Of a stretch of 64,000 bases of DNA, positions 1 through 12,669 are shown one piece after another. Where the stretch lies: the NCBI RefSeq assembly GCF_004010195.1, contig NC_057751.1, positions 6,188,598 through 6,252,597 on the forward strand, in the 5' to 3' direction. A model generated the notes under the pieces. That model was not told where the DNA came from and did no database searches. It saw only the letters and a list, made by a program, of their open reading frames with translations. The DNA comes from Chiloscyllium plagiosum. Its lineage: Eukaryota. The position numbers and the translations under genes were made by a program. Positions within the stretch are counted from its first letter, which is position 1, and each line of letters starts with the position of its first letter.

Positions 1-450
1 GTCTGTCACTATGCCTTGACAGCCTCGGGCACCTCATGGATTCCCAGTCTTGAGTTCCAGATCTGTTTGAAATCTATTAGCATCTCACACAACACAATGG
101 AGGATGTCATTAGTGTGAAGATGGGACTTGGTTTGGACAAAGGACTTCATGATGGTCACACCGAAGGATGCTGTCATGGACAGATGCATTTCCGTCTGAT
201 GAGGATGAATTGAAGAAAGTTTTTCTCTCTAGTTGGTTTCCTCACCGCCTGCAAGACCCAGTCTAGCAGCTGTGTTGTTTAGGATTTCAGCAATATGGTC
301 AATACTGCTGAGCCACTCTTGGTGATGGACATTCACATCTCACACTAGGAGTATATTTGCACCCTGACCACCCTCAGTGCTTCTTCCCAGTAGTGTTCAG
401 CATGGAAAAGTTCATAATTTGAGGGGTGGCAACAGCTGGTAATCTGTACA
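1..450 (-). mobile_element. Old LINE fragment (CR1/L2-group), APE endonuclease region
   Basis: Reverse strand of about 215-405 translates, with frameshifts, to EEALRV...DVNVHHQEWLSS...AARLGL...PTREKN, matching the GDFN-H...PTR pattern of LINE endonucleases. Confidence 0.65.
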
Positions 451-469
451 AGATTTTCTTGTCAGTATA

Positions 470-602
470 GGAGAAAGTGAGGACTGCAGATGCTGGAGAT
501 CAGAGCTGAAAATGTGTTACTGGAAAAGCGCAGCAGGTCAGGCAGCATCCAAGGAACAGGAGAATCGACGTTTTGGGCATAAGCCCTTCTTCAGGAGGGC
601 TG
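470..602 (-). mobile_element. Short Penelope-like element terminal fragment with degenerate hammerhead core
   Basis: Same sequence as the end of the RT-bearing PLE at 14174; exact 15-bp TSD TTTCTTGTCAGTATA at 455-469 and 603-617. Confidence 0.85.
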
Positions 603-1169
603 TTTCTTGTCAGTATAACAATGTCAGGCATATGGCTGCCCTAAATTTTGGCATACGTCCTCAGATGTTAGTAAGGAGAACTTTTCAGGGTTGATAAAGT
701 TCACCATTGTAATTTCTTGTGCCTTGGTCTTTGCCAGGCAGTATCTTTGATTTTCTTTTTGTAATGAGTTCACTACTTTGCTGCAGGTCTCAAGTCACCT
801 GGGCCTGACCAGGGTAAGGTTGGCAGTTTTCTACCCTGAAAGGATATTTGTGAACGGATAGGATTTTGTAGCAATCAATGGTTTTTTTGGTCTCATTCGA
901 CTCATTTAATTCCAGAATGTTTTTTAAAATTCAGATTTAATAATCTGTCATGGCTGAACCTGGCTCTTCAGAGCATTACCTGCGCCACAGGATTAAGAGG
1001 CCAGCGATAATAACTCGACACTACTGCATACATATATTTGGCACCTGTCTGATTGACTATCAATTTAGCTGCAGCTACCTTAATGAAATGTTAGAGGTTA
1101 CTCTTCCTTAGTTTTCCTTCCATCCGAAGAAGGGCTACGTTTTTCCAAGCAGCTATTGTGGCACAGCGA

Positions 1170-1510
1170 TGCTGATGGGATGCTGTAAGATCGTGAAGTG
1201 ACTCACCAAGTGAGTGTGGAAAGAACGTTTCCTCTTGTTTAAAAATAAGGCGTCACTCAAATAAGACTGATATATTGAAACATTTTTGTGTCAGAGGATT
1301 CCCTTCTTCAAAAGGCAGTGGATGCAGAATCTTGAAATATTTTTAAGCAAGAGGTAAATAGATTCTTGATTACTAAGGGGATAAAAGATTATTGGAGACA
1401 TACAGTAAGAGCTTAGGTTAAAATTAGATCAGCCATGATCTTTTTGAACGATGGAGCAAGATGCAAGGTCCAAGTGACTAACTCTTGTTCCTTGTTGATT
1501 TATTCATGTA
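1170..1510 (+). mobile_element. Old CR1 LINE 3' fragment
   Basis: Degenerate similarity to the 3' end/UTR of other CR1 copies in the window. Confidence 0.55.
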
Positions 1511-1964
1511 ACATCTTGTTATTGTTGAATCTGAGATCATCAGATATTGTGAAGCCTTCAAACAGTTCTTACTGATAACGTTTATTACACAACAGGAAAT
1601 GTGCAGGATAAACAATTTTAAAAAAGTTGTAATTGCATGCAGGTATAAACAGAGACTGCTTGCCTTTCCAGCACCAACAAATGTACAGCCAATGAATGAT
1701 GACTGAAATCATCACAGTTCTATGGGAAGTAGCTGTTAATTAACTCAAGTCTGGCTCAGTGTGCCAAATGCTGCTGTGCTCTATCTTGATGAAGATAATG
1801 TCTTTCCTGCTGAATATCCTCTTCTTCCCACTTGGAAGTCTGCTGCTGCTTTCCCAGCTCTTCACCGTCTATCCCATCCCTCTTTCCAGCTCCAGTTATT
1901 TTGAGCACAGCATGCAAGAATTAAATGGTGCAATCACTACCACCATTACCATCACTATCACTCA

Positions 1965-2650
1965 CGATCAAGGCACTGCTGAATTCCCCACTGTCAGCAT
2001 TCTAGTGGTTACCAATGACCAGAAAGTCAACTGGACTTGCAAAAGTATCTACAAGAGCAGGTAAAAGGCTCAGAATCCTGCAGAGAATAACTCACCTCCT
2101 GACTCACCAGAACCTGTCCACCATCTGTAAGCCACAAGTCTGGACTATGGTGGAATACCACAAATTCCCTGGATGGATGCAGCTCCAGAAATGGTCAGGA
2201 AGCATGACACCATCCAAGTCAAAGCCACTCACTTGATTGGCACCAACATCCACAAACATCCACTCCCACCATCACCACTGACTGTTCAAAGCAGCAGTGT
2301 GTGCAAACTGCAGATCTGCTGCAGAAATTCACTGAATATCTTGGACAGCTCCTTCAAAACCCACCACACTTCCATCTAGAAGGTCAAGGGCATGAGATAC
2401 ATGGAAATGCCACCACCTGCAAGTACCCTTCAAAGGCACTCACCATATTGACCTGGATATGTATTGCCATTTCTTCACTGTTGCTGTGTCGAAATCCTGA
2501 AACTCTCTAACAGCCTTGTGGGACTACCTACAGCACATGGATTAAAGCAGTTCAAGAAGACAGCTCACCACCACATTCTCAAGAGCAGCCAAGAGATCAT
2601 AATAAATACTAGCCAGCCAGTGACATCTACATCCCACAAAAGAAGAAAAG
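1965..2650 (+). mobile_element. LINE 3' end (CR1/L2-group, probably the family at 1-450)
   Basis: Translates to RAGKRLRILQRITHLL...LSTICKPQV...EY, a LINE ORF2 C-terminus; homologous 3' ends at 16190-16515, 37255-37605 (-) and 52370-53105. Confidence 0.7.
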
Positions 2651-3464
2651 TTAAAAATTCTGATTATCGTGTACTGAAGTGGCACTCCATACCTGACCTA
2701 TAATGGCTTCATTGAAAGAATGGACTGTAATGTACTCATGCTTGTCACCAATCAGAGTGTTGTGTTATCGAGTCATCAGCCATGATTGTAAAGGGCAAGC
2801 TGAGATTAATTGATACTGAGATGCTAATGCAGGTATATAAACTTTCTCCCACTCACTAATTAGATACTTATATAACCATTCAAACATTATGTAAAAAGTG
2901 AAACTTCTTTCAATGTCAAGAATCTCACTTTTCATTCTCGCCTTATTTTCACAACAGTCTTGACCTTGTCCAAGTCATTTGGAAGCTGGGAAAATTCAGC
3001 CCTTGATTTTTATTTTAACTCAAGAGTTCTGGAGAATTTTCTTCTTGATCAAACGTTTCTCAAGGCTCTTAGTGCCCCCCAGAAATGTTAACCTGGTTTC
3101 CCTTCATGGATTCTGCCCGACCTGCTGAGTGTTTCCAGCATTTTATATTTTCATGACTGGAATAGTGGAATGGTTTAGCTTTTTAGAGTTTGGTTTGCTT
3201 TCTGTCTCAGCATATTCTGCATACTTCATACCACATTTTCTTTCAAAGGAACCAAATGCATATCAGATTTAAAATATTCTGCTTGGACAATTGCAGTTTC
3301 TTTCTGTTTGTTCAAACGAGGTGAGCTTCACTGACACATCCAATATGCACTGACCATTCCTCACTGCTTTTCAAAAGGTAATGATGAGCTTCCTTTTTGC
3401 ACTGCTGCTGTTCCAAGGACTGAAGATGTTTCCTCAGTATTCCTATTTTTAAATTTCCCTCCAA

Positions 3465-3737
3465 TATGGAAACAGGCCTTTCAGCCCAACAAGTTCACCC
3501 CAACACTCCAAAGAGTAACCCACCCAGACCCATTCCCCTGACTAATACACTATGGGCAATTTACCTAGCCTGCACATCTTTGGATTGGGGGAAGAAACCG
3601 GAGCACCCAGAGAAAACCCAAGGAGACACGAAGAGAATGTGCAAACTCCACACAGACAGTCGCCCGAGGTGGGAATCGAACCCAGGTCCCTGGTACTGTG
3701 AAGCAACAGTGCTCACCACTGAGCCACCATGCTACCC
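3465..3737 (-). mobile_element. HE1-like tRNA-derived SINE
   Basis: Reverse strand has A box GGTGGCTCAGTGG and B box GGTTCGATTCC; similar to the other copies in the window. Confidence 0.85.
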
Positions 3738-4504
3738 CTTATATTTTCATCTACTTTACCATCAAAGTTTGATACAATGGAGTCACTTGATAGGCATTGC
3801 AGAGCGTCAACAACTGGAGTATGCTGTTCTCTACATTCTTTTTAACTTGAAGCATGTCTGAGTAATATTATTGTGAATAAAAATATACTCCATTTTACAC
3901 TTAAAAGCTACTCAAATTTTCTCATGAAGGTCATGGAAAAAACCACGAATATGTCTATTCCCACTGTAACAATGGTAATTTAGTATTGGTCATGCTTTAA
4001 ATGAGACCCACTTTGTGTCTCAGTTCATGATTCTCCTCCCAGTATTTTGATTTGACCTTTCAGATTCTGATGTTGACAATTACTAAAATTGAATCTAAAT
4101 CCGTATTTAGAAACTGCAATCCATTTTTTCAACAAAATAATTCGTGTGACAATCTGTTCAAAGAACCAGCCCGATTTCCCTCCGCCATTGGAATCTCCCA
4201 GCTATCTTCTGTTTCCCTCTCCTCTTGAAGGTCCTTGAACTTTTTGTCACCTCCCAGATCCAGATCCAATTTGTGTGTTTATTTCATCAATTAAGGTTTT
4301 CCACTCCCTGCCCACTGCTGGGCCTAAAGTGATCCTGCCAAAATCACAAATTATTTTCCCATATGACTGTGAGAAAGATAAGTTCACCCTCCTCATCTAC
4401 ATTCACTCATCTACTTCCATTGGCACAGTTACTCATAACATCTTACGAGAATATCTGTGCATCACTATCCAGTTATGTGGGAACACACCATTTAGTTTCA
4501 TTGA

Positions 4505-4771
4505 TGGGTTCCAGGTTCGATTCCTGCCTTGGGTGATTGATTGTGTGGAGTTTGCACATTCTTCCTGTGTCTGCGTGGGCTTCCTCCAGGTCCTCTGATT
4601 TCCTCCCATAATCCAAAGATGTGCAGGTCAGGTGAATTGGTCATGCTAAATTGCTCATAGTCAGGGGTGAATATAGGGAGTGGGTCTGGGTGGGTTACTC
4701 TTCGGAAGGTTGGTATGAACTTGTTGGGCCGAAGGGCCCGTTTCCATCCTGTAGGGAATCTAACCTAATCT
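4505..4771 (+). mobile_element. HE1-like SINE (5'-truncated); a second partial SINE follows at 4772-4900 and 5110-5200
   Basis: B box GGTTCGATTCC, HE1 body and AATCT tail; second body fragment is split by the PLE hairpin. Confidence 0.8.
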
Positions 4772-4900
4772 CCTCTGGATGCTTTGGTTTCGTCCCACAG
4801 TCCAAAGATGTGCAAGTGAAGTGGATTGGCCATACAAAATTGCCTGTGGTGTCCCAGGAATGCACAGGTTAGTTTGGCAAAATAACAGGTATAGAATGTG

Positions 4901-5094
4901 GTAAAAACAATGACTGCAGATGCTGGAAACCAGATTCTGGATCAGTGGTGCTGGAAGAGCACAGCAATTCAGGCAGCATCCGAAAAGCTTCGAAATCGAC
5001 GTTTCGGGCAAAAGCCCATCATCAGGAATAAAGGTCGATTTCGAAGCTTTTCGGATGCTGCCTGAATTGCTGTGCTCTTCCAGCACCACTGATC
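4901..5094. mobile_element. Palindromic short PLE insert; hammerhead core in the loop
   Basis: Perfect 64-bp inverted repeat 4937-5000 / 5034-5097; 15-bp TSD CAGGT(A/G)TAGAATGTG at 4886-4900 and 5095-5109. Confidence 0.9.
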
Positions 5095-6907
5095 CAGGTG
5101 TAGAATGTGTCCGAGTGAGATGCTCTTTGGAGGGTCAAAGTGGACTTGACGAGCCAAATGGCCTGCTTCCACACTGTCAGGATTCCATGATTCCAATCTG
5201 ACAGTATCCCATTCTCACATTATTCCTGCTGTGGTACTCCAAGGATTTATCTTGGCTCTCTCCACGTACTTCCTGCCTTTAACGTGGTAACATCCAGAAA
5301 ACACAGGATTTTGTTTTGCATGTGCACAATGTAAACCCTCAACTCAATCTCATCACCTATCCACTCGACCTGTCTGCTGTGTAAAATTTAAGTTTCTTTT
5401 ACCAAAATTGAATTTTGAATGGGAAGCAGTTTCTCCAATTAAATCAGGTGGAAACTGAAACCATTTTCTGCACACCATCCACAGATGTAGATGTTTTGCT
5501 GTTGATTCTGACCCTCTCTTTGGCAAATATATGATCTTGAACCAAATTAAGTGCAACCTGAGCGTCCTATTTGGTTGCAAGCTGAGTTTTTGATTACATC
5601 TCCACATCCCAAAAATTGCATATTTGTACATCTGTGACATAGGATCATTCTTCCTTAGCTTCAGATTGTCTGCTGCTGAAATTCTCAGCCATATTTTAGT
5701 CTGGCCCAGCCAGTCACGCTCACATCGAGGAGTGAATTTTAAAAAATGAGAATTCCAACACATTTCTGATTTGCCTTCCATATTCTGCCTTTCATAAACT
5801 TACCCAAAACTTTGCATTTTTCCTGACTCTCACTTTATCCCATTCACCCATATCCCCTGTACAAGCTGACCTACATTGGCTTTCAGGTGAGCCACGCCCC
5901 AATTTTTAAACTTTAAAATTTGCTGTCAAACACTTTGGAAGTCAGGAGCACTGAATCCCCAATTTCCTCCAGCCCTGCAATCTTCATAAATGTCTGCACC
6001 TTTCCAGTTCTTTCTTGAGCATCCTGAATTTTAATAATTCTACTCCTGATGATCGTGCCTTTTGTGAAATGGGCTCTGAGCTCTGGATTCTCTCCATCAC
6101 CCTCTCCTTGTCTCAACCTCTTGCTCGTCCTTTGAGACTTTATACCAACTCAGTTCTTTGAAAAGGTTTTTAGTCTACTCCTCAAATTTCTCTTTGTATG
6201 GGCTTGATGTCAGAGTTCATCAGATTGTACTTCAATGAAGCCTGTGGAAATGTTTCTCTAAGTTAAAGGCTCCTGCATTTTGAAAGTGCAGTTAAAGGTT
6301 GGCTTGAAATTGATCTACATTCAATGGTTTTTTTTAAAGAATCACAGGAACCAACTCAGGATATTAGGACACACCATTGTATTGAGGGATGAATGCACAG
6401 GACCTAATCTAATCAGATGCAATGACAAGCTCTGGACTTGTCTGCTAATTCACATTCTTGTTTCATAGCTGCCTCCTTCCCCTTTCCTCTGGAACCTCTG
6501 ACAACTACCCACTCCGCCCAGCTTCCTCATTTCTGCTCTCGAGCATATCCTCAATTTTAATTGCTCCACCTTTTGTGACTTGCTTTCATTTGGTTAGACT
6601 TCCTTCCTAAATTTCCTTCCTAAATCCCTTGATCTCTCTGACTTACATACTTCAAAATGTGCCTTAATTTTTTTTTGTTCTGTAAGACCTCCTGTTGAAA
6701 TATATTCTTGCATAACTTCAGTTTGGTAACATTTCCATGAGGTGCCCTGGCATCTTGCACTATATTAAGGGCACTATATTAATGCAACTTGATGTTTCCT
6801 GTGGTCAAGGTTGACAATGAAGAAACCAAGTGAAGAGTAGGGAACTCTTCCAATTTATTGACCAGACATTTTCCTAATCCAGCACCACAAAACAAGCACA
6901 GGAACAG

Positions 6908-8785
6908 AGAGGAGGATGTGCTGACAGTCTTGAAATGCATAAAATGGATATATCCCTAGGACCTGATCAAGTGTACCCTAGGATGCTGTGGGAAGCTTGG
7001 GAAGTGATTGCTGGGCCCCTTGCTGAGATATTCACAGGTGAGGTGCTGGAAGACTGGAGGTTGGCTAACGTTGGTTAACTGTTTACGAAAGGTGGTAAGG
7101 ACAAGCCAGGGAACTATAGTCCAGTGAGCCTGACTTCGATGGTGGACAAGTTTATTAGATTAGATTAGATTAGATTAGATTACTTACAGTATGGAAACAG
7201 GCCCTTCGGCCCAACAAGTCCACACTGCCCCGCCGAAGCGCAACCCATCCATACCTAACACTACGGGCAATTTAGCATGGCCAATTCACCTGACCTGCAC
7301 ATCTTTGGACTGTGGGAGGAAACCGGAGCACCCGGAGGAAACCCACGCAGACACGGGGAGAACGTGCAAACTCCACACAGTCAGTCGCCTGAGGCGGGAA
7401 GTGAACCCGGGTCTCTAGCGCTGTGAGGCAGCAGTGCTAACCACCGTGCCACCGTGCCGCCCACAAAGTTGTTGGAGGGAATCCTGAAGGACAGGATGTA
7501 CATGTGTTTGAAAAGGGAAGGACTGATTAGGGATAATCAGCATGGCTTTGTGCATGAGAAATCGTGCCTCACAAACTTGATTGAGTTTTTTGAAGAAGTA
7601 ACAAAGAGGATTGATGAGGGCAGAGCAGTAGATGTGATCTATATAGACTTCAGTAAGGCGTTTGACAAGGTTCCCCATGGGAGACAGGTTGGCAAGGTTA
7701 AATCTCATGGAATACAGGGGGAACTAGCCATTTGAATACAGGACTGACTTGAAGGGAGAAGATGGATGGTGGTGGTGGAGGGTTGCTTTTCAGACTGGAG
7801 ACCTGCGCCAGTGTTGTGTCACGAGGATCGATGCTGTGCCCACTGCTTTTGTCACTTATATAAATGATTTGGATGTGAATATGGGACGTATAGTTAGTAA
7901 GTTTGCAGATGACACCAAAATTGGAGGTGTAGTGGACAGCGAAGAAGATTACCTGAGAGTACAATGGGATCTTGATCAGATGGAGATTAATTTAGATAAA
8001 TGTGAGGTGCTGCATTTTGGAAAAGCAAATCAGAGCAGGACTTAAACACTGAATGGTAAGTTCAAGGGAATGTTGCTGAACAAAGAGACCTTGGAGTGCA
8101 GGTTCATAGCTCCCTGAGAGTGGAATCGCAGGTACATAGGATAGTGAAGAAGACATTTGGTGTGCTTTCCTTTATTGGTCAGAACATTGATTATAAGAGT
8201 TGGGATGTCACATTGTGTCTATACAGGACATTGATTAGGCCATTTTTGGAATATTGCGTGCAATTCTGGTCTCCTTCCTATTGGAGGGTTGTGAAACTTG
8301 AAAGGGTTCAGAAAAGGATGTTGCCAGGGTTGGAGAATTTGAGCTATAGGGAGCGGCTGAACAGGCTAGGGCTATTTTGCCTTGAATGTCGGATTCTGAT
8401 GGGTAACTTTATAGAGTTTTTTAAAATCATGAGGGCAAGGATAGGATAAATAGACAAGGTCTTTTTTCTGGGTGGGCGAGTCCAGAACTAGAAGACATAG
8501 GTTTAGGGTGAGAGGGGAAAGATATAATAGAGTCCTGAGAGGCAACTTTTTCATGAAGAGGGTGGTGCGTGTGTGGAACGAGCTGCCAGAGGAAGTGGTG
8601 GAGACTGGTACAATGACAACATTTAAAAGGCACCTAGATGGGTATATGAATAGGAAGAGTTGAGAGGGATATGGGCCTGGTGCTGGCAAACGGCCCTCGA
8701 TTAATTTGGGATATGTGGTCAGCATGGACGAGTTGGACCGAAGGGTCTGTTTACGTGCTGTACATCTCTATGCCTCTATGACTCT
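6908..8785 (+). mobile_element. 5'-truncated CR1 LINE (RT domain to 3' tail), disrupted
   Basis: QHGF...SCLTNLIEFFEEVT...DVIYIDFSKAFDKVPH, SKFADDTKIG, LEYCVQFWSP; ends in CTCTATG repeats. Confidence 0.95.
7153..7461 (-). mobile_element. HE1-like SINE inserted in CR1
   Basis: (ATTAG)n tail at 7154-7182, A/B boxes on the reverse strand; interrupts the CR1 at AAGTT. Confidence 0.9.
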
Positions 8786-8848
8786 CACATCGTCTTCAAT
8801 AACCTTCAGTAAGTTCTCAAGATATGAAATGAAAACAGAATGATGAAG

Positions 8849-9008
8849 TTAGATTAGATTAGATTCCTGACAGCGTGGAAACAGGGTCTTCGGTCCAACT
8901 AGTCCACACCGACCAGTGCTGGTCAGGTGAATTGGCCATGCTAAATTGCTCATAGTGTTAGGTGCATTAGTCAGAGGGAAATGGGTCTGGGTGGGTTACT
9001 CTTCGGAG
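8849..9008. mobile_element. HE1-like SINE with 5' inversion
   Basis: 8849-8914 is the SINE 3' end on the minus strand; 8916-9008 is the adjoining upstream body on the plus strand. Confidence 0.8.
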
Positions 9009-9355
9009 AATGTTCTGAAAAAACTCAGCAGGTCTGGCAGCATCTGTGGAGAGACGAACAGAGTTAATGTTTTGAGCCCAGTATTACTGTTTAGAAGAAC
9101 TGGAAGGGAGAGAAGTGATGGGTTTTCTACTGAAACAAAGAAGGGCGCTCAGAGGAGCAAGTTGAACAGATAATGTGGGTGCCCAGAGCAAAAGGGAAAG
9201 AGATTGCGAATGATAGTAGAGAAGTCTCAAAGAGGTGTAAGGCTTAATGGTAGAAAATACGTCAGGTCTGCTGAAAGCAAACCCATGCAAAGTGGAAGTG
9301 ATGAGGGAAAAAGGGGATTATCAAAATGAAGGGCAGAGTTCATGGTCTGAAGTTA
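9009..9355 (-). mobile_element. Old PLE terminal fragment
   Basis: CTCAGCAGGTCTGGCAGCATCTGTGGAGAG motif shared with 13705-13800 and other old PLE ends. Confidence 0.6.
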
Positions 9356-10140
9356 AGTTCCTCAGCAGACTATTAGCTGCTATTCCTTCAGCTTCAACAC
9401 GAACTGCTGCAGGCCTTGGACAAAATTTGAGCTTGAGTCTTCTGGATTTGATTGTGGGTTGTAAAATTGGGAACATAGCTATTTCTGATTGTGCGGCAGT
9501 ATGTTTGGAGGTTAAGGCCAAAAGTGAGGGGTTAAGTTCACAGCACTGGTGGCTGGATCCTTACCTCCTCAAGGATTCCAAATTTGTGGAATACTTTTTG
9601 AGGGAGTTTCAGGAGTTTTTGACTATCAACTCAGGCATAACTGGTAGTCCATCTATGCTATGGGAGGCTGCGAAAGCCTTTGCTAGGGGATTAGCTATTT
9701 CCTATTCGGCTGCCAGAAATGATAGAAGGGGGAACAGCAGCATCTACTTGAGATGCGGTTGGAAGCTGCTGAGGCGATACTTTTTGCGAGGCCTTTGGTG
9801 ACCAAGCTACAGCGGATCACAGCCCTCCGGTCGCCCTGCATTCAATACTGACACAAACAGTGAAGAAAGAACTTGCTTTTGCAATACAAAGGTTGTTTGA
9901 GTATGGTGATAGGCCAGGGGAGTATTTAGCATATCTGACTTGGAAGAAGCGCGCACCCAAATCCATTACTGTAGTTTTGAGACAGCGCTGGGGTCCTTAC
10001 ATATGATGCCAAAAGGATTAATGAGGCTTTTCAGAGTTTTTACTCTGAATTGTGTCAGTCTGAAGGTTGTGAGGATGGGTGGGCCTAGATGCAAACCTTT
10101 TTTAAGAGCCTGGACCTCCCAGGGGTAACCTTGGAACAGG

Positions 10141-10364
10141 AGTTTGCACGTTCTCCCCGTGCCTGCGTGGGAGTCCTCCGGGTGCTCCGGTTTCCTCCCA
10201 CAGTCCAAAGATGTGCAGGTTCGGTGAATTGGCCATGCTAAATTGCCCGTAGTGTTAGGTAAGGAGTAAATGTAGAGGTATGGGTGGGTTATGCTTTGGC
10301 AGGTCGGTGTGGACTTGTTGGGCCGAAGGGCCTGTTTCCACACTGGAATGTAATCTAATCTAAT
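10141..10364 (+). mobile_element. 5'-truncated HE1-like SINE inserted in L1
   Basis: HE1 body plus (TAATC)n tail; CAGG duplicated at 10137-10140 and 10365-10368. Confidence 0.88.
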
Positions 10365-11539
10365 CAGGTCTCTCTCCTCAATGCCCCCTGACAGTTCAGG
10401 AAATACAGCAGGCAGCGAGGCAACTTCAGCGTGGGAAAGCGCCTGTCCCTGATGGTCTCCCGGGTGAGTTTTATAAGGAGTTTAGAGGGATTCTGTCAGG
10501 GCTGATTCTGGAAATGTACAATCACTCCTGTATGCATGAATGCCTACCACCATCTTTGAGAGAAGCTAATATTTCCCTCATTCTTAAGAACGGGAAGGAT
10601 CCTGAGGATTGTGCCTCACACAGGCCCGTCTCTCTTAAATTCAGATTTTAAGATTCTGACTAAGATTTTGGTGCTAAATTTGGAGGAGGTGTTGCCCTAT
10701 ATTGTCAAAGAAGACCAGACAGGTTTTATAAGGGGTCGCAGGTCCTCTAATAATATTAGAAGGTTGCTGAATATGGTCCAAGTATGTCAGCAATGATCAA
10801 TCCAGGGGTTGGTGATTTCCTTGGATGCAGAGAAAGAATTTGACCATGTAGAAAGGCCGTATCTCTTTTATGTCTTCGAGCGGTTTGGGCTGGGTGGAGT
10901 CTTTGCTCGGTGGGTGGAGGTTTTATATTGCCAACCTCTGGCCATGGTCATGACCAATGGGGTGAAGTCTGGAACTGCCCCCTCTCACCGTTGTTGTTTA
11001 CATTTGTGACAGAGCCACTGGCAGAGGCCATTCGTCAGAACATCCACATAACCGCTCCGGAAGTGGGATTGACGGTACACAAGTTTACACTATATGCGGA
11101 TGACATCCTTCTGTTTTTAGTGGACCCCATCTGATACAATGTATTAATATATTTGGGGCTATTTCAGGATATAAGATCAATTTTGCAGAGTCTGAGGTTC
11201 TGCCTTTGGGAGACCTGAAGGAAGTGCCAGAGGTTGAAAGTAGCCCTAGGTTCCCCTTTAAGTGGTCACGGGTGGGTTTCCAATACCTAGGTATTTTTAT
11301 TACCCCAATGTTTGATCAGTTATTTTGGATTAACTTTGTTCACCTGCTCGACAATATTAGGCGAGAAGTTCTTCCAATTTTGTGGTTGGGCCGAATAGCA
11401 TTTATTAAGATGCTTTATCCCATGCATATGCTCCCGATAATGTTTCCCAGGTCAATGTTGCGAAAACTTATGGTTTGGTTTAGTTCTTTCATTTGGTATC
11501 GTGGGCAGCCCCTCATCAAACATATTAAATTACAGTAGC

Positions 11540-11639
11540 TGAAAATGTGTTGCTGGAAAAGCGCAGCAGGTTACGCAGCATTCAAGGAACAGGAGAATCG
11601 ACGTTTCGGGCATAAGCCCTTCTTCAGGAATGAGGCCTG
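11540..11639 (-). mobile_element. Short PLE fragment inserted in L1
   Basis: 12-bp TSD AATTA(C/T)AGTAGC at 11528-11539 and 11640-11651. Confidence 0.85.
11595..11632 (-). ncRNA. Minimal type I hammerhead ribozyme motif
   Basis: Reverse strand: CTGAAGA-A-GGGC-TTAT-GCCC-GAAA-CG-TC; intact core, 4-bp stem II, weak stem I. Confidence 0.7.
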
Positions 11640-12669
11640 AATTATAGTAGCCTCAAGGATGGAGAGGAGTAGATTTCCCAGACATCAGGAGGTATCAATT
11701 GAGTCCCCTGCTGTCCTTTGTGTGTGATTGGGCAGATAACAATCCAGGCTCATTATGGCTGGATATCCATGCCTCCAAGGCAAGGTGCCCTCTTATTAAC
11801 CTGCTGTTCATGGATAAGATGGGGACAGTTATAGACCACTGCCGGAACCCATTGTGATTAATATGGTCAAGACATGGAGGGTAATGCGTCAGAGTGAGGG
11901 TTGTTTATCCAAGACTTTGCCACTCACCCCCATAGTTAGTATGATGGACTCAGGGTTCAAACTATGGGCAGCCAGAGGAGTTTCCAGTTTCGGAGACTTG
12001 TTTGAGGGGGAGGTTATGATGTCTTTCCAGCAATTGAGCCGCAAATACTGGCTGCCCAGCAGAGACCTTTTCCTTTTTTTTCAGGTTATGGATTTCATCC
12101 AGAAGAAGACTAACTTCTCACTAAGCCCTATAAGCCTGATACAGAGAGGTTGTTGCTATGTGCCACAAGCACCCTTTCAGTTAGTGCCTTCTATCGCCTA
12201 CTGGGTGTTAGGACCTGGCAGGATATTAACTGGTTATGGGAAGCAAGAGCTTGGAGTGGAGATCTCTTCTGAAATGTGGGATGACATATGGGAGAATGCA
12301 CAAAAGATCTCAATCTGTAATAGGACATACGCTATGCAGTTAAAAGTTCTGCACAGGGTCCATTCGGCACCAAACTGTCTGGTGAAGTTGAAAATAGGGG
12401 CATCTCCAGTGTGCCCCAAATGTAAAATAAATGTAGGTAATTTTACTCATTGCTTTTGGACATGCCACAGGCTCTGTGTTTATTGGAGCACTATGGCGGG
12501 AGAGGTAGTGAGGGTATTGAGGACCAAAATTAAAGGAGACCTAACCTGTCTCCTTCTAGTTCTACCGAATTTATCAACTTTAGACGGGAATGGGAAAAAA
12601 AAATTCAATATTCTTACTGACTGTACATGGAAGAATATTCAGATGAATTGGGTGTCTGAGAACCTTCCG

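Larger units (their letters stand above)
4140..6290 (+). mobile_element. Highly decayed L2 LINE RT/3' remnant, interrupted by SINEs and a PLE hairpin
   Basis: Degenerate L2 RT motifs (LLKVLE near 4220; KITN...DCEKDK near 4340-4380; GTPQGFILG near 5233) and an L2-like tail near 6230-6280. Confidence 0.6.

Noticed and set aside
1759..2064. ORF with hydrophobic N-terminus and Thr-rich tract
   Set aside because: GTG start, low-complexity repeat, and it runs into a LINE fragment; no splice or family support
7154..7182. (ATTAG)n array as telomeric or CRISPR-like repeat
   Set aside because: It is the SINE 3' tail; no spacers and not TTAGGG
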